Shown: positions 1 through 11,277 of the stretch, piece after piece | Layout of the letters: each line of letters begins with the position of its first letter | Position numbering within the stretch: position 1 is the stretch's first letter | NCBI GenBank assembly: GCA_051252375.1 | Contig: JBPOFY010000002.1 | Coordinates: forward strand, 96,001-160,000 | From: Opitutaceae bacterium | Lineage (GTDB): Bacteria > Verrucomicrobiota > Verrucomicrobiia > Opitutales > Coraliomargaritaceae | Length of the DNA: 64,000 nt | Direction of reading: 5' to 3' | Notes under the pieces: model-generated | The model's database searches: none | What the model was told of the DNA's origin: nothing | What the model saw: the letters and a program-made list of their open reading frames with translations, nothing else | Made by a program: the position numbers and the translations under genes

Positions 1-1164
1 GTCAGTGCCGAAGATCTGCACATCTGCACTACTGGGTATGTCGGCCAGGCATTCCCTCAGCAGGATAGCCAAAGAGTAAGCTTCCTCACCGGTTGCACAA
101 CCCGGCACCCATGCACGCAGGTTTGTGTTTTCGGGGTGCTTACGCAGTTGATTCGGCAGTATTTTCTTACGCAATACTTCAAACGATTCTGGGTCCCGAA
201 AGAATTTTGTCACACTAATCAGCAGTTCCTTAAAGAGAATATCGATCTCGTGCGGATTTTCCTGAAGATATTGAACATAATGATCCGGGTCAGTAATCGC
301 GTGGATATTTAATCTACGTTCAATACGGCGTGTCACTGTGCTCATTTTATAAGCTGAAAAATCGTGCCCCGTCCGCGAACGTATCAGCACAAAGATCTTA
401 CGCATCGAAGCAGACAATCGCTCGTTTTTTTGCTCATCAGCGACTTCCTTCGCGTAAGGGCTACGCATGTAGCGGACTAATTGATCCGGCATCTCTGGAG
501 GAGACAGCACAAAATCAGCAATCCCACTAGAGATCGCACTGCCAGGCATCCCAGCATACTTGGCGGACTCAAGGTTCTGCACCATCGTCATTCCTGACTC
601 CCCCTTAATTGCCTGCAAGCCCAAGGTCCCATCTGAACCAGTTCCTGAAAGTATAATGCCCACCGCATGCTCCTTTTGGTCCTCGGCCAATGATCGGAAA
701 AAATGATCAATCGGCAGACGCGGGCTTTGCGGGATATCCGCATCCACACGAAACACGACGCCATTAAGGATATCAAGCACCCCGCCCGGAGGCGCGACAT
801 AGACATGGTTTTTCTCAACCTGTATCCGATCAGAAATCTCGACAACAGGTAGCTCGGTCTGCCTCGACAACAATTCAGGGAGCATACTGACACGTCCTGG
901 TTGCTGGTGCGTGACGACTATAAACGCCACTCCCGTATCCAGTGGCATACTCGCAAACAACTCATCCAATGCCTCCAGGCCTCCGGCAGAAGCACCGATG
1001 GCGACGATTGAACATCGATGGCTAGAAGTATTTGAAAGTGCAGCCGGACTCGTCTCCGCTTCAGTCTTGTCGACTTTCGTTGACTTTGCGGCGGAGGGTT
1101 TAGAAGTGGCCGATTCAGAACTGTCTCCGTGGCGAGGGGGCTTCGAGCTGGATTTAGATTTCAC
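1..1164 (-). CDS. CheB methylesterase-CheR methyltransferase fusion protein (5' part; runs off window start)
   Basis: Manual minus-strand translation gives IVAIGASAGGLEAL, PIDHFFRSLAEDQ, ILSGTGSDG (CheB), then LLISVTKFFRDPESF and RAWVPGCATGEEAYSLAI (CheR). The GTG start at 1164 is approximate. Absent from the ORF track because it has no stop in the window. Confidence 0.9.
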   Translation of the reverse strand, partial: MKSKSSSKPPRHGDSSESATSKPSAAKSTKVDKTEAETSPAALSNTSSHRCSIVAIGASAGGLEALDELFASMPLDTGVAFIVVTHQQPGRVSMLPELLSRQTELPVVEISDRIQVEKNHVYVAPPGGVLDILNGVVFRVDADIPQSPRLPIDHFFRSLAEDQKEHAVGIILSGTGSDGTLGLQAIKGESGMTMVQNLESAKYAGMPGSAISSGIADFVLSPPEMPDQLVRYMRSPYAKEVADEQKNERLSASMRKIFVLIRSRTGHDFSAYKMSTVTRRIERRLNIHAITDPDHYVQYLQENPHEIDILFKELLISVTKFFRDPESFEVLRKKILPNQLRKHPENTNLRAWVPGCATGEEAYSLAILLRECLADIPSSADVQIFGTD

Positions 1165-1682
1165 GATATCGAAGAACTTAGACGATCCGCATAGCGAATG
1201 AAAGTTCTTTGTGGCATGCCGGCACAAAACCAGCCCATAAATTACATGCCCGCGATGTTCTTAAATATCTGCTCGAAAGCTGCGATCGTAGCGGAAGTGC
1301 GAAGCACTTTCGACCAGCGTCGCGCCTAGTAACATTTGCTGACCGAGCAGAGATGAAACCGACACGTCTTGTCGCAAAGTGAACCGGAAACTGGTTCCCA
1401 TTTCCGCGACGATTCTACCGTGTATCTATGCGCGCACATGCACCCTCTCAAATATCATAGGTATTCCCGTAGGGCTCGAGCTTGCTCGCCGCCGCGACAA
1501 CACTGACGCCGGCTCGAACTACCTGCCAGTGGTGAGGAATCGCCACTCAGCTGACATTTCCGCTATGCAGCTTTTCGACTTCTTGAATCTCTATATTGCC
1601 CAACATCAGTTCCGACGGAGCAAAAGCGGAGATAGTGTAACAATGTTGCGTTCGCCCCATGTTGAGACCTCTATAATTTATT

Positions 1683-2744
1683 ATGAGGATTTTCCAATGC
1701 GCTAACTGCAACCATCCAGTTTTTTTTGATAATGTTCTCTGTCAAAAATGTGGCAGCGCGCTCGGATTTTCGCTCGAGAATTACACCCTCGTCACCCTCG
1801 CTAGAAACAACGGTAAACTCACCGACCTCTTCAATGCCAACGTGCGCTACACCTACTGCGCCAATGAGCAACATGGTGCCTGCAATTGGCTCGTCCCTGA
1901 AAGCAGCAGCTCAAGTTATTGTGCCGCTTGCAATCTCAACAGCGTCATCCCTGACATCCATGATGAATCAAAAATGGTTCTCTGGCGGGAATTGGAAAAA
2001 ACGAAACGTCGCCTCATCTACGCCCTCTATCGTTTTGGCCTTCCGATCCAAAGCAAGGTGGATGCCCCCAAAACTGGCTTATCTTTTGAATTCCTCTCAG
2101 ACGACCCATCTAAAGGAAAAAAGGGTCGCGTCCTCACCGGTCACGCCAATGGCGTTATCACCATAAACATCGCCGAAGCCGATTCAGCTTACCGAGAAAC
2201 AGCCCGCAGCCAAATGGGTGAATCCTACCGTTCTCTCATCGGACATTTTCGTCACGAAGTTGGCCACTACTATTGGGATCGTCTCATTTACAACAACGAA
2301 TCCCTACTCACCCAGTTCCGCTCCCTATTTGGCGACGAACGCGCCGACTATGGTGAGGCACTCAAAAAACATTACAAAGACGGCCCCGTTCAAGGATGGG
2401 AATTCACCTACGTCAGCTCCTACGCTGCCGCCCACCCGTGGGAGGACTGGGCCGAAACTTGGGCCCACTACCATCACTTCATGGCAACGCTCGAAAGCGC
2501 CTACTCATTTGGTCTCTCAACAGAACCGCTCGTTCAAAACGACAGTAGCCTCAAAGCCGCGGCTAACTTTGACCCCTACATCGAACTCGATTTCAAACGC
2601 ATCGCCGCCACCTACATCCCACTGACTCTCGCCATAAACAGCCTCAACCGCAGCATGGGCCAACCCGACCTATATCCCTTCGTTGTCCCCGCACCCGCCA
2701 TGCAGAAACTCGCCTTCATACATAATGTCCTACACAACAGGTAG
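1683..2744 (+). CDS. Putative zinc-binding metallopeptidase with N-terminal zinc ribbon (DUF2248-like)
   Basis: N-terminal CxxC pairs, HEVGH zincin motif, HPWEDWAETWAHY and LNRSMGQPDLYPF motifs. Confidence 0.85.
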   Translation: MRIFQCANCNHPVFFDNVLCQKCGSALGFSLENYTLVTLARNNGKLTDLFNANVRYTYCANEQHGACNWLVPESSSSSYCAACNLNSVIPDIHDESKMVLWRELEKTKRRLIYALYRFGLPIQSKVDAPKTGLSFEFLSDDPSKGKKGRVLTGHANGVITINIAEADSAYRETARSQMGESYRSLIGHFRHEVGHYYWDRLIYNNESLLTQFRSLFGDERADYGEALKKHYKDGPVQGWEFTYVSSYAAAHPWEDWAETWAHYHHFMATLESAYSFGLSTEPLVQNDSSLKAAANFDPYIELDFKRIAATYIPLTLAINSLNRSMGQPDLYPFVVPAPAMQKLAFIHNVLHNR

Positions 2745-2756
2745 GCCTTAGGCTAT

Positions 2757-4229
2757 CTACAAGCCCGGTGATGGTGTAACCATGTTGCTGACGCCCCCTA
2801 GTCGCTTCAAATGTCGGCCAAATGCACTCATCACTCGAAGATGTATGCGCGCTTGGGTATTTGCATAGATCCACCATGGCAGTGTGGGAGCAAAGCCATG
2901 AATCGAAGCGATGACACATCCTTGATCTGGAAAAATTCGAAACTCTAGTCTGCCCGGAGGATCAACTATGCGCGATAGTTTACCTCCTGAGATGTAGAAC
3001 GCACACCGACGCCCGCTACCATGCGAATAAGGTGTGGGCGTCAACTCCAGCAAAACCACTCGCCCACCCAGTAGCGTAAAGCGAACGACACCTTTGTCAT
3101 CTTTCACCGCATTGATGAGCCCACCGAAGCGGCGGCTAAGCCACTCCCCGTATTCTGTCGCGATCTGTTGCGCATCCCAATCCACGGGGAGCGGCATACG
3201 CTGCACAGAACGCACACGACGCTCCTGTTTAATATGCCGACGATCCGAAGACTGGGTCGCACTCCGTGGGTTTGGCTTGGGCATGCCGTCTGAGTCGACA
3301 CTCCGGCGAAAAGAGTCTTCAAATGAAATATATTTTGCTGCAAGCCGATCGCTCAACTCACTGGGACGCGCTTCTAAGTCGTGCTGTAAACTTTCTTGCA
3401 AAGGCCCGACCAGAGCAGGTGGCACGTTGCCAAAAACCGAAACCCAATGCTTGGAGAGGCCAAAGCAATTGAACGGAAAGTTAATAAAGTGAGCCGCCTT
3501 GCCCTGCAGGCGAGCAGTCTCTTGAATCATTTCGCGATAAGTCATCGGGCGATGTCCGCCCAGATCATAAGTCTTACCCGACAGCCCCTCCTCTTTCATG
3601 CAAAGCTCGAAGGCCTGGCATACATTCTCGATGTCGACGGAGTGTGTCTTCGAGCGAACCCACGCAGGCAGTAACATCACCGGCAAGCGGCGCACCAAAT
3701 TGATCAAAAGTGAAAAAGAAGACCCCCCCGGACCGAAGATTAATCCGGCACGCAGGACGGTAACTTTAACTGTGCGCGAACGAAGCACTTTTTCAACTTC
3801 GAGGCGACTGCGCAAATGCGGCGAGAGCGGCTCATCTGTGGTCGGAATCAATCCGCTTAAATAGACGACGTGTTTGAGCCCAGCCGATTCGGCAGCACGT
3901 ATAAAATTATCCGCCAACAATAAATCAGTGTCTTCAAAGTTACCCTGCACGAGTCGACTCGAGGGTGCCATCGAATGCACAAGGTAAATCCCATAATCGC
4001 AACCCGCCAACGCTTCAGTCACCTTAGGCAGCGAATATAGATCACAACGGCGCCACTCCGTGCTCTCAGCGCTGGGGTTCTGAGCGACCACAGACGCACT
4101 CCGTGTCAGCGCACGGAAACGATAATCCGACTTCAAGAAATCGCGCAAATGCGAGCCCACAAATCCGCTCGCCCCGGCTACCGCGACGAGCGGTTTATCG
4201 ATATTGGAAGCTTGGCTCATAGATAGCAC
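2757..4229 (-). CDS. NAD(P)-binding SDR/epimerase family protein (YbjT-like) with C-terminal extension
   Basis: VAGASGFVGS Rossmann motif, YLVHSM, SPHLRSRLEVE. Confidence 0.85.
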   Translation of the reverse strand: MLSMSQASNIDKPLVAVAGASGFVGSHLRDFLKSDYRFRALTRSASVVAQNPSAESTEWRRCDLYSLPKVTEALAGCDYGIYLVHSMAPSSRLVQGNFEDTDLLLADNFIRAAESAGLKHVVYLSGLIPTTDEPLSPHLRSRLEVEKVLRSRTVKVTVLRAGLIFGPGGSSFSLLINLVRRLPVMLLPAWVRSKTHSVDIENVCQAFELCMKEEGLSGKTYDLGGHRPMTYREMIQETARLQGKAAHFINFPFNCFGLSKHWVSVFGNVPPALVGPLQESLQHDLEARPSELSDRLAAKYISFEDSFRRSVDSDGMPKPNPRSATQSSDRRHIKQERRVRSVQRMPLPVDWDAQQIATEYGEWLSRRFGGLINAVKDDKGVVRFTLLGGRVVLLELTPTPYSHGSGRRCAFYISGGKLSRIVDPPGRLEFRIFPDQGCVIASIHGFAPTLPWWIYANTQARIHLRVMSAFGRHLKRLGGVSNMVTPSPGL

Positions 4230-4490
4230 ACTAAGCGTGAGTGTAGCGTATGCAAACTACGGCACGAAATACCACCCGCTTTGCTCTACTCAAAGCATGC
4301 ATCATTTTTAAAACGCATAGGATCCTTATTTCTTACCTTCACACCGAAAGCGTCACAAAAGGAATTTCACGTATCATGTAAGCTCTTTGCAGTCGGAACG
4401 ATAGATAGCTGTGAATAATATATTTTCTATCTATTTCTTACCTACCTGCCAAAACCGACAACTAGCAATTCATTACAACACATTGAATCG

Positions 4491-4826
4491 ATGAACTGGA
4501 CCACCCTACTCATCACCTTCTGTGCACTATCCTTCTTCGGCTACGGCTGGAGTTGCCTATTCACCAACCATATGGTGGCAGAGTTTGAGCGCTATCACCT
4601 TTCAAATTTCCGCCGCCTAACTGGTATAGTCCAATTAATCGGAGCGGCTGGATTAGCAACTGGCATCCTACTCCCATGGGTCGGAGGTCTCGCCGCTGCG
4701 GGTATATCATTGCAGATGGCATGCGGGCTTGGCGTGCGCGTCAGGATTGGTGATTCGTGGTTACAATGCCTGCCAGCAACTAGCTATATGATCCTGTGTG
4801 GATGGCTCGCCACACAACTGCTCTAG
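4491..4826 (+). CDS. DoxX-family membrane protein
   Basis: Four hydrophobic segments; [24 protein letters not shown] pattern. Confidence 0.75.
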   Translation: MNWTTLLITFCALSFFGYGWSCLFTNHMVAEFERYHLSNFRRLTGIVQLIGAAGLATGILLPWVGGLAAAGISLQMACGLGVRVRIGDSWLQCLPATSYMILCGWLATQLL

Positions 4827-5197
4827 TCAATCGTTCCAGCAAGGATCAACCAAAGAGACATGAGCAGCATAGCGGTCGCAGGTAGCGACTTGAGCACAGT
4901 ATCTTTCACTTTGATATGCATGGTCAACGCACCTAACATCAACAAGGAGATGACCGCAGCGCCCAGCACGACCAACGATGGAAATACAAAACCCAATAAT
5001 ATGGCGATCGCAGCAGATACCTTTAAACTGCCCACGAAGTAAAACATCCACTCAGGTAGCCCATACGCAGAAAACTCTTCTTTGAGTGATTTCGAAGCAC
5101 CACCTCTATAAATAGTCGTTTGATTCGCGCGCAGCAGCCAAACATTGAGAATACCCAGCGGCACCATGACCTGAACCAACATTGTTAAATAATCCAT
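4823..5197 (-). CDS. DoxX-family membrane protein
   Basis: [38 protein letters not shown]. Start at MDYL (5197) preferred; 5218 is an alternative. Confidence 0.8.
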   Translation of the reverse strand: MDYLTMLVQVMVPLGILNVWLLRANQTTIYRGGASKSLKEEFSAYGLPEWMFYFVGSLKVSAAIAILLGFVFPSLVVLGAAVISLLMLGALTMHIKVKDTVLKSLPATAMLLMSLWLILAGTID

Positions 5198-5558
5198 ATT
5201 TATACAAACGTAGCGCATCCGATAACCTTACTACATAAGGGTCGGCACCCACAAAAAAGACTACTCCAACCGCCCCACTCTCTCTTCTTAAAGCTAAATT
5301 CAGGTGAATAGCTTGAGACAAAAATAGGAGTCAGAGTCTTCATACTGCATGACATGAGCTTAGCCCCCCCCTTTTCAGCCTCTTAACGAAAACGCTGTGG
5401 TTTTATCTCACGCCAAGCCGCGATGCGGCTGCACATTCCACTTTCTCCCCTTTGTAGACTCACTGAAATGGAGACTCCGCGGCAGGGACTAAGTGATAGG
5501 CGTTGACTATTCTTGTCGATGTTGCTGCTTTTACTGATACTATCCATCACTCTTCCTT

Positions 5559-6710
5559 ATGATCAAAACATATTCAAAACTTATCGCCGTTTTAAGTATC
5601 CTTTGCCCCTTGAGCCTTTTTGCTCAGGTCAATGATGCTCAGATCATCCCGTTCCAAGCCGGCACACCAGCCACAGCCGCGGACATGAATCAGAACATCG
5701 ACGAATTGACCCGAGCCATTAACGAAAATACGGCACAACTTCAGGCGCTGCAGGAGCAGATGAGTATCATCGCCAGTGTGATCAATCTGGCAGAGCCTAC
5801 CCTACAGGAAAATTTGTCGGGCAGCGTCTATAAGCTTGGGATTTTGGAAATCGGCCATGGCGTCAGCGACGTGCTCGCCGGAGAGTATAGAACTCAACTC
5901 ATGCGCGATTCTATCTGGGGCGAATCTGGCACGCTGACTTTAAACGCAAACAATACTGCATCTTTGGTTTTAAACGGCCAGCAGAGCGAAGCGCTGTTAA
6001 ATCTTGGTTCCGGAGTCCCCGCTGCAGACCCCTCAGCAGAAACTCCATCTTACGGAGACGTTTCCCTTTCTTCGTTTCCACCAGAATCAGAAACCATTGC
6101 CGGCACCTGGAGCTTGGCTGGCAATGTTCTGTCAGTTGTGTTAGGTATCGATACTCAAACCTTCAATGTGAGCATCGATGGCAACACCTTACTCCACACG
6201 TTCACCGACTCTGAACCGGATGGGACCATGACCGTGCGCTACGCCGGCATGGATCTCGGCATCCGAATCTCCAAGCCTCAGCCAAACATCGAAGTAGAAA
6301 TCGACGCTGATGTTTTCGAAAACCCGGATTGGAATGTAATCCCCATTCTCGCCACGAATAGCGGCGCTCCCCATAGCATTTTCGATGGGCCTGGATCGGG
6401 CTCACAAAGCGGCATTGAAAGCTTCCGTGCATCCGCCGCAAGCAACGGCCGAAAAATATACATCAAAAACACTGGAACATCCGACTTAACGCTCGGAAGC
6501 AGCGCACTTCAACAAACACAAGGAGGTGGACTCAGCCTGCAAAACCAAGGCGGCCCAATCACTATCGCCCCAAACACTGAATTCGAGCTCACCATTACTG
6601 ATACAGTATTTGATGAAACCGCTGTTACAGCCACGGATTTGGGCGCCATTTATTTGATGACCAATGACCCAGACACTCCCACCTTTATCGTCAACATCAG
6701 TAGCCGATGA
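5559..6710 (+). CDS. Secreted hypothetical protein, possible C-terminal Ig-like domain
   Basis: Signal peptide, FQAGTPATAADMNQN followed by a short coiled coil, C-terminal IYIKNTGTSDLTL...TNDPDTP. Confidence 0.7.
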   Translation: MIKTYSKLIAVLSILCPLSLFAQVNDAQIIPFQAGTPATAADMNQNIDELTRAINENTAQLQALQEQMSIIASVINLAEPTLQENLSGSVYKLGILEIGHGVSDVLAGEYRTQLMRDSIWGESGTLTLNANNTASLVLNGQQSEALLNLGSGVPAADPSAETPSYGDVSLSSFPPESETIAGTWSLAGNVLSVVLGIDTQTFNVSIDGNTLLHTFTDSEPDGTMTVRYAGMDLGIRISKPQPNIEVEIDADVFENPDWNVIPILATNSGAPHSIFDGPGSGSQSGIESFRASAASNGRKIYIKNTGTSDLTLGSSALQQTQGGGLSLQNQGGPITIAPNTEFELTITDTVFDETAVTATDLGAIYLMTNDPDTPTFIVNISSR

Positions 6711-6778
6711 TCAATCCTCAGTGAAACTAAAGGAGCTTAAAAAGCACTGAAATAAAGGAACATCTCATACTCTTTTCG

Positions 6779-7651
6779 ATGACCCCCACAATCAATTTAC
6801 GCGCATTTACTTGGATCCTCGCCTCTACGTGTTGCGGCCTAGTCTCGGTAAGGGCACAACCCAGCCTATCCGACTTAGTCATCGAAAACGGCCAACTCAA
6901 ACTCGACATCGACGCTCCTGCAGGAGAGTTGATCATGCAAAGCAGCAGCAACTTGCAATCGGGCGACTGGACTCAGCTGTCCCGCCTGATTGGCAACGGC
7001 AGCACCCAGAACTTCAACGACCCGTATAATCCCAATGCGGCAGCCAAATTTTACCGCGTGTCCACGGTTCCGGCAGCCAATGAGTTCCACCTAACCGGAG
7101 CATTCGCCACCGCCTTGATTGGAGCGCTCAGTTACTCCGATCTACAAACCACCTTTGGGCTTACGTTCCCGCAGGTGGAAGCGACGATCCCAGCGGGCAA
7201 CGACCTCTCGTTCTCGACCCGCAACTCACGCATCTATTCAGCCGTCATCGCTACATTATCGACGCTGGCCAAGAACATAAGCGACTCCTTCCTGCCTAGC
7301 ACCCCGCCCTCTGCTGCGGAGATTGCAGCAGCGCTTGCTGCTGACATCAGTGATGGTAGCTTGGACGGAATCGATGGCGGCGGCCCCGTGCTCATCGGCA
7401 CTACAGGAATGGCACTGCCCGCCTACACTGAACAAGACTTTGAGACTGCGTTGACTCAAGTGAAAGCTGAAATCCCAGGACTCTATAATGTCTACTTTAC
7501 TGGAGCCGGTGCTTCCGCTGCTCCACTAGCTGCACCACTCGAAGAATCTGAAATAGCTTTCGATCCACCTCCAGCTAGTGCTGGATCATTCACCCCCTCG
7601 ACCCCTGCCGTATGGGGCGATTTTTACTGGGGTAGCTCTGATTGGCAGTAG
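6779..7651 (+). CDS. Secreted hypothetical protein with Trp-rich C-terminus
   Basis: Signal peptide; QSSSNLQSGDW...KFYRV module; ends in VWGDFYWGSSDWQ. Confidence 0.7.
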   Translation: MTPTINLRAFTWILASTCCGLVSVRAQPSLSDLVIENGQLKLDIDAPAGELIMQSSSNLQSGDWTQLSRLIGNGSTQNFNDPYNPNAAAKFYRVSTVPAANEFHLTGAFATALIGALSYSDLQTTFGLTFPQVEATIPAGNDLSFSTRNSRIYSAVIATLSTLAKNISDSFLPSTPPSAAEIAAALAADISDGSLDGIDGGGPVLIGTTGMALPAYTEQDFETALTQVKAEIPGLYNVYFTGAGASAAPLAAPLEESEIAFDPPPASAGSFTPSTPAVWGDFYWGSSDWQ

Positions 7652-7743
7652 TGTATCCTCCAAGGGTCCTCCACGGTCTTTATATTGCCTGGCGTGAGTC
7701 TTTGCGGTGAAGCATGGTGCAGTGAGCATGGTCGCTACGCTCC

Positions 7744-7838
7744 TAATCTTAATCGTAATCATAATCCAAGCGTTGCAATCGCAAGACCTATCAAATCCGT
7801 CCAGAGGATTAAGATTATGAGTAAGATTACGATTATGA
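7744..7838. repeat. Inverted pair of hexamer tandem arrays, (TAATCN)4 and (NGATTA)5
   Basis: taatct taatcg taatca taatcc at 7744-7767; ggatta agatta tgagta agatta cgatta at 7806-7835. Confidence 0.8.
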
Positions 7839-7933
7839 CGCAGAAAATGGATAGCTTTCTACTTTTGAACACCCGGCGAAACTAGGCTAATTTTCTATAC
7901 TTTGAGGAGGCCTTCAAATAGCTTGTCCGCCTC

Positions 7934-9670
7934 ATGTATAAACTCAGGCCATACCAACAGGAAGCTGTTGATAGCACCCTCAATTACTTCAGGAAGCGAC
8001 GGAGCCCTGCGGTGATCGTTTTGCCTACGGGTGCTGGTAAGAGTTTGGTGATCGCTGAGTTGGCTAAAATAGCCGTAGGCCGTGTCTTGGTGCTCGCTCA
8101 CGTAAAAGAGCTGGTCGAGCAAAACCATTTGAAGTATGAAAACTACGGCCTGCACGCGGGGATCTATTCGGCGGGATTGAATCAAAAGGATAGCTCACAA
8201 AAGGTGATATTTGGTAGCATCCAATCGGTCGCGAAGGCGAATGATGCCTTTTTCAGTGATTTCACGCTACTGGTGATCGATGAATGCCACCGCGTCGGTC
8301 TGGAACCGGACAGTCAATACGCGAAAGTGATCGAGCAGCTCCAGCGGAACAATCAGCGTATTTGTATCTTGGGACTGACCGCGACTCCCTATCGCTTAGG
8401 TCTCGGCTGGATCTATAACTACGCGCTCCGCGGAGAGATGAAAACTCAGGAGCTGCGCTTCTTTAAGCACTGCATATACGATCTACCACTGGAGTATATG
8501 ATCCGGAACAAATACCTGACGCCCCCCGTAAAGGTCGATATTCCGGTCACCTCTTACGACTTCTCGGAGCTGACTGAAGCTGGTAAGACTTACACATTAG
8601 CTGAAGTTGATGAACTACTACAACAGCAACGACGACTCACGCCCCTGATCATCAAAAACATCATTGATATTACGGATAGCGACAGGCGGCAGGGTGTGAT
8701 GATTTTCAGCGCCACAGTGAAACATGCGCAGGAGATCATGGACAACCTTCCACCGGGACAGGCAAGGCTGGTCGTGGGAACCACCGAGATCAGCGAGCGC
8801 GATCAGGTCGTAAATGATTTTAAGCAGAAAGCGTTTAAGTATTTAGTGAACGTATCCGTGTTGACCACTGGTTTCGACGCAGCGCATGTCGATGTGATCG
8901 CGATCCTACGTCCCACGGAATCGATTAGTTTGTATCAGCAAATCATCGGCCGCGGCTTGCGTTTAGATACCGATAAAAAGGATTGTCTTGTTTTGGATTA
9001 CACTGGGATGGGGCATAGCATTTTCAGCCCGGAGATTGGCGAAAAGAAGCCAGCATCCGAATCGGTCGCCGTAGAAGTCCCCTGCCCCGAATGTGGCTTC
9101 GTGAATGACTTCTGGGGCATCGTCGACGATGATGGCAATCTGCTGGAGCACTTCGGTCGGAAGTGTCGAGGCGGGCAGGTCAATCCGCACACCTACCAAT
9201 TCACGCCCTGCGGCTATCGCTTTCGCTTTAAGATCTGTAATCAATGTTCGGCTGAAAATGACATCACCGCTCGTGACTGCTGTCGCTGCGGCAGTGTGCT
9301 GATCGATCCTGACGAAAAGCTCAAACAGGCGAGGCTCTCTAAAGACGCCCATGTCCTCACGCCGGATTCGATTGAGATGCTGGAGCGCGTTGACAAAAAC
9401 GGGGCATCCTACCTCCAGGTAAAGTATTACGATTACGACGCAAACGCCCTCTCGGAAATGCACTACCTCAACAACCCAACGAGCCTGAAGAAGTTCAGTA
9501 TCAACTTTCTAAGATCGCACATGCGAAAGCCTGAATTGAAGCTCAACGTCAGCTCGGTGGGCGAAGTCGTAAAAATACAATCACTGCTCCGTATGCCTTC
9601 ATTTGTGATCGCTCGCAAGCAGGGTAAGTTCTGGAAGATTACCGAAAAAATATTTAGCGAGGAACTGTAA
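7934..9670 (+). CDS. radD: DEAD/DEAH-box helicase, RadD/YejH family
   Basis: [28 protein letters not shown], and C-terminal CxxC zinc clusters. Confidence 0.85.
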   Translation: MYKLRPYQQEAVDSTLNYFRKRRSPAVIVLPTGAGKSLVIAELAKIAVGRVLVLAHVKELVEQNHLKYENYGLHAGIYSAGLNQKDSSQKVIFGSIQSVAKANDAFFSDFTLLVIDECHRVGLEPDSQYAKVIEQLQRNNQRICILGLTATPYRLGLGWIYNYALRGEMKTQELRFFKHCIYDLPLEYMIRNKYLTPPVKVDIPVTSYDFSELTEAGKTYTLAEVDELLQQQRRLTPLIIKNIIDITDSDRRQGVMIFSATVKHAQEIMDNLPPGQARLVVGTTEISERDQVVNDFKQKAFKYLVNVSVLTTGFDAAHVDVIAILRPTESISLYQQIIGRGLRLDTDKKDCLVLDYTGMGHSIFSPEIGEKKPASESVAVEVPCPECGFVNDFWGIVDDDGNLLEHFGRKCRGGQVNPHTYQFTPCGYRFRFKICNQCSAENDITARDCCRCGSVLIDPDEKLKQARLSKDAHVLTPDSIEMLERVDKNGASYLQVKYYDYDANALSEMHYLNNPTSLKKFSINFLRSHMRKPELKLNVSSVGEVVKIQSLLRMPSFVIARKQGKFWKITEKIFSEEL

Positions 9671-9720
9671 GCTGATCCCTTAGAGCTCTGTAAAAACTCG
9701 AGGCTCTAGGCAGACACTGC

Positions 9721-11277
9721 CTACGGCACCTGTAAACGGACGAAGGATTTCGGAGTCGATGCCGACGGTGTCGGCATAGTGAACTTCACCGCTGCGGGGT
9801 CACTGACGTCCGCTGATTCGGTGGCATCATTCCAATCGGACAGGTTCTCTGAGGTCCAAACCGAGAAGGCATTCGGATCGACGTAGGGTCCCAATGGCCA
9901 GGTCACCACTCCACCGATCGCTGGTGGATTCGGAGTGAACGAAGATCCAGTTTCACCCAAAATATGCTCGATGCCGTTAGGCATACCATCTTTGTCGAAA
10001 TCCTCGTCGGCGGTCTGGCCTCCGGCATTGACCTCGGACCATTCCGCGAAGTCGAAGATCGCGTCATCACTGAAGAAAACCGTGTTCAGAATCTGAAGTG
10101 TTTCGGCAACTCCTAGGTTGAAGGTGCGGTCGAATCCAAATTCGTAACCTCCGTTGGTGTTCTCCGCATCATTCGTAGTGAACTTGTAGGTTCCAAACGA
10201 ATCACCCTCGAATCCCTGCACGTTTGATTGTGTCCCGGTATAGATGAGATCAAGGTCCGGATCCGTCAGGGAAAGCGTGCTGAGCGCAGTCTGTGATCCT
10301 GAGAAGAACTGCGCTTCCACCGAACTTGGCGGAGTGAAATCACCCTTTGCGGACTCAACGTTCATATCGACGCTGAAGGTGATATCGCGTGTTTGGGCAA
10401 GCGGGAACGGATCGGCACTATTGATGATGCCGTCACCATCCTCATCGTCCCCCGCCACCAGAGCGGGGCGATTCACCAAGAAAGTTAATGTCTGCACTCC
10501 CGGCTCGGTTTCGAAGTTGAATGCGTTGACCCCCGCTGCCATGTCGGCGCTCGTATCAAGTGAGCCGAGAGCCTGATTGGAACCAAACGTGGAGTCACCG
10601 TTGACGAGAATCGCCATCAGCTTGACGTCTTGAGCGCCTTCCGGAACACCGAGCAATGCCATATTGAGCGACATTTCCACGCCGTCGACAGCGGCCACGT
10701 AAGAACTGCTGTCCGCTCCCACATCGGTCCAAATCGCCCGCAGCTCGGTGACCGCTCCATGCGAAGCGGTGGCATTGTCCACCCGTCCGAGATCAACACG
10801 GATTTGTTTCTGAAGATCAAAATAGCTGGCATAGGCTTCCACACCGGTACCGTAAACGCGAATGGCCATGTCAGGTTCGAAACCGCTTTCGAAGGTCATG
10901 CCAGTTCCCGCATCTAGACCTAAATTGTTCAGGTCGCTTTCAAACCCTCCACTCTTTATGAGGTTGTTGGTGATGCTAGTGACGCCTCCGGCCTTGGAGT
11001 CAATAAACAGGATGACTCCGTTGCCATTGGCTCGGCCGGCGATGAACAGGTTCAGCTGTTTGCCAGTATCGGCGGCATGCAGGTTGGCCAAAGCATTACC
11101 AATATCCCAGCCAGTGGTATGGGTCTGAAGGGCGATTTGTGAATACTCAGTTTCAACACCAGCGTTTCGCGTGCCATCGACGGTGATGGCGGCATTGGCA
11201 GTGGACATGGTGGAGGTGGCGATCACTAGGACGCACAGGGCACCCCGGATATTTTGGCGGATTGACAGGATTTTCAT
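9721..11277 (-). CDS. Secreted multidomain protein with Ca-binding DxDxDG motifs
   Basis: Signal peptide from MKILSIRQ (ATG 11277), AITVDG, DDEDGDG..DPFP, ITFSVDM, DFDKDGMPNGIE, terminal FVRLQVP. Confidence 0.75.
   Translation of the reverse strand: MKILSIRQNIRGALCVLVIATSTMSTANAAITVDGTRNAGVETEYSQIALQTHTTGWDIGNALANLHAADTGKQLNLFIAGRANGNGVILFIDSKAGGVTSITNNLIKSGGFESDLNNLGLDAGTGMTFESGFEPDMAIRVYGTGVEAYASYFDLQKQIRVDLGRVDNATASHGAVTELRAIWTDVGADSSSYVAAVDGVEMSLNMALLGVPEGAQDVKLMAILVNGDSTFGSNQALGSLDTSADMAAGVNAFNFETEPGVQTLTFLVNRPALVAGDDEDGDGIINSADPFPLAQTRDITFSVDMNVESAKGDFTPPSSVEAQFFSGSQTALSTLSLTDPDLDLIYTGTQSNVQGFEGDSFGTYKFTTNDAENTNGGYEFGFDRTFNLGVAETLQILNTVFFSDDAIFDFAEWSEVNAGGQTADEDFDKDGMPNGIEHILGETGSSFTPNPPAIGGVVTWPLGPYVDPNAFSVWTSENLSDWNDATESADVSDPAAVKFTMPTPSASTPKSFVRLQVP

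Noticed and set aside
1379..1705. 108-aa ORF upstream of the peptidase
   Set aside because: No recognisable motifs; lies in a divergent promoter region and overlaps the next gene.
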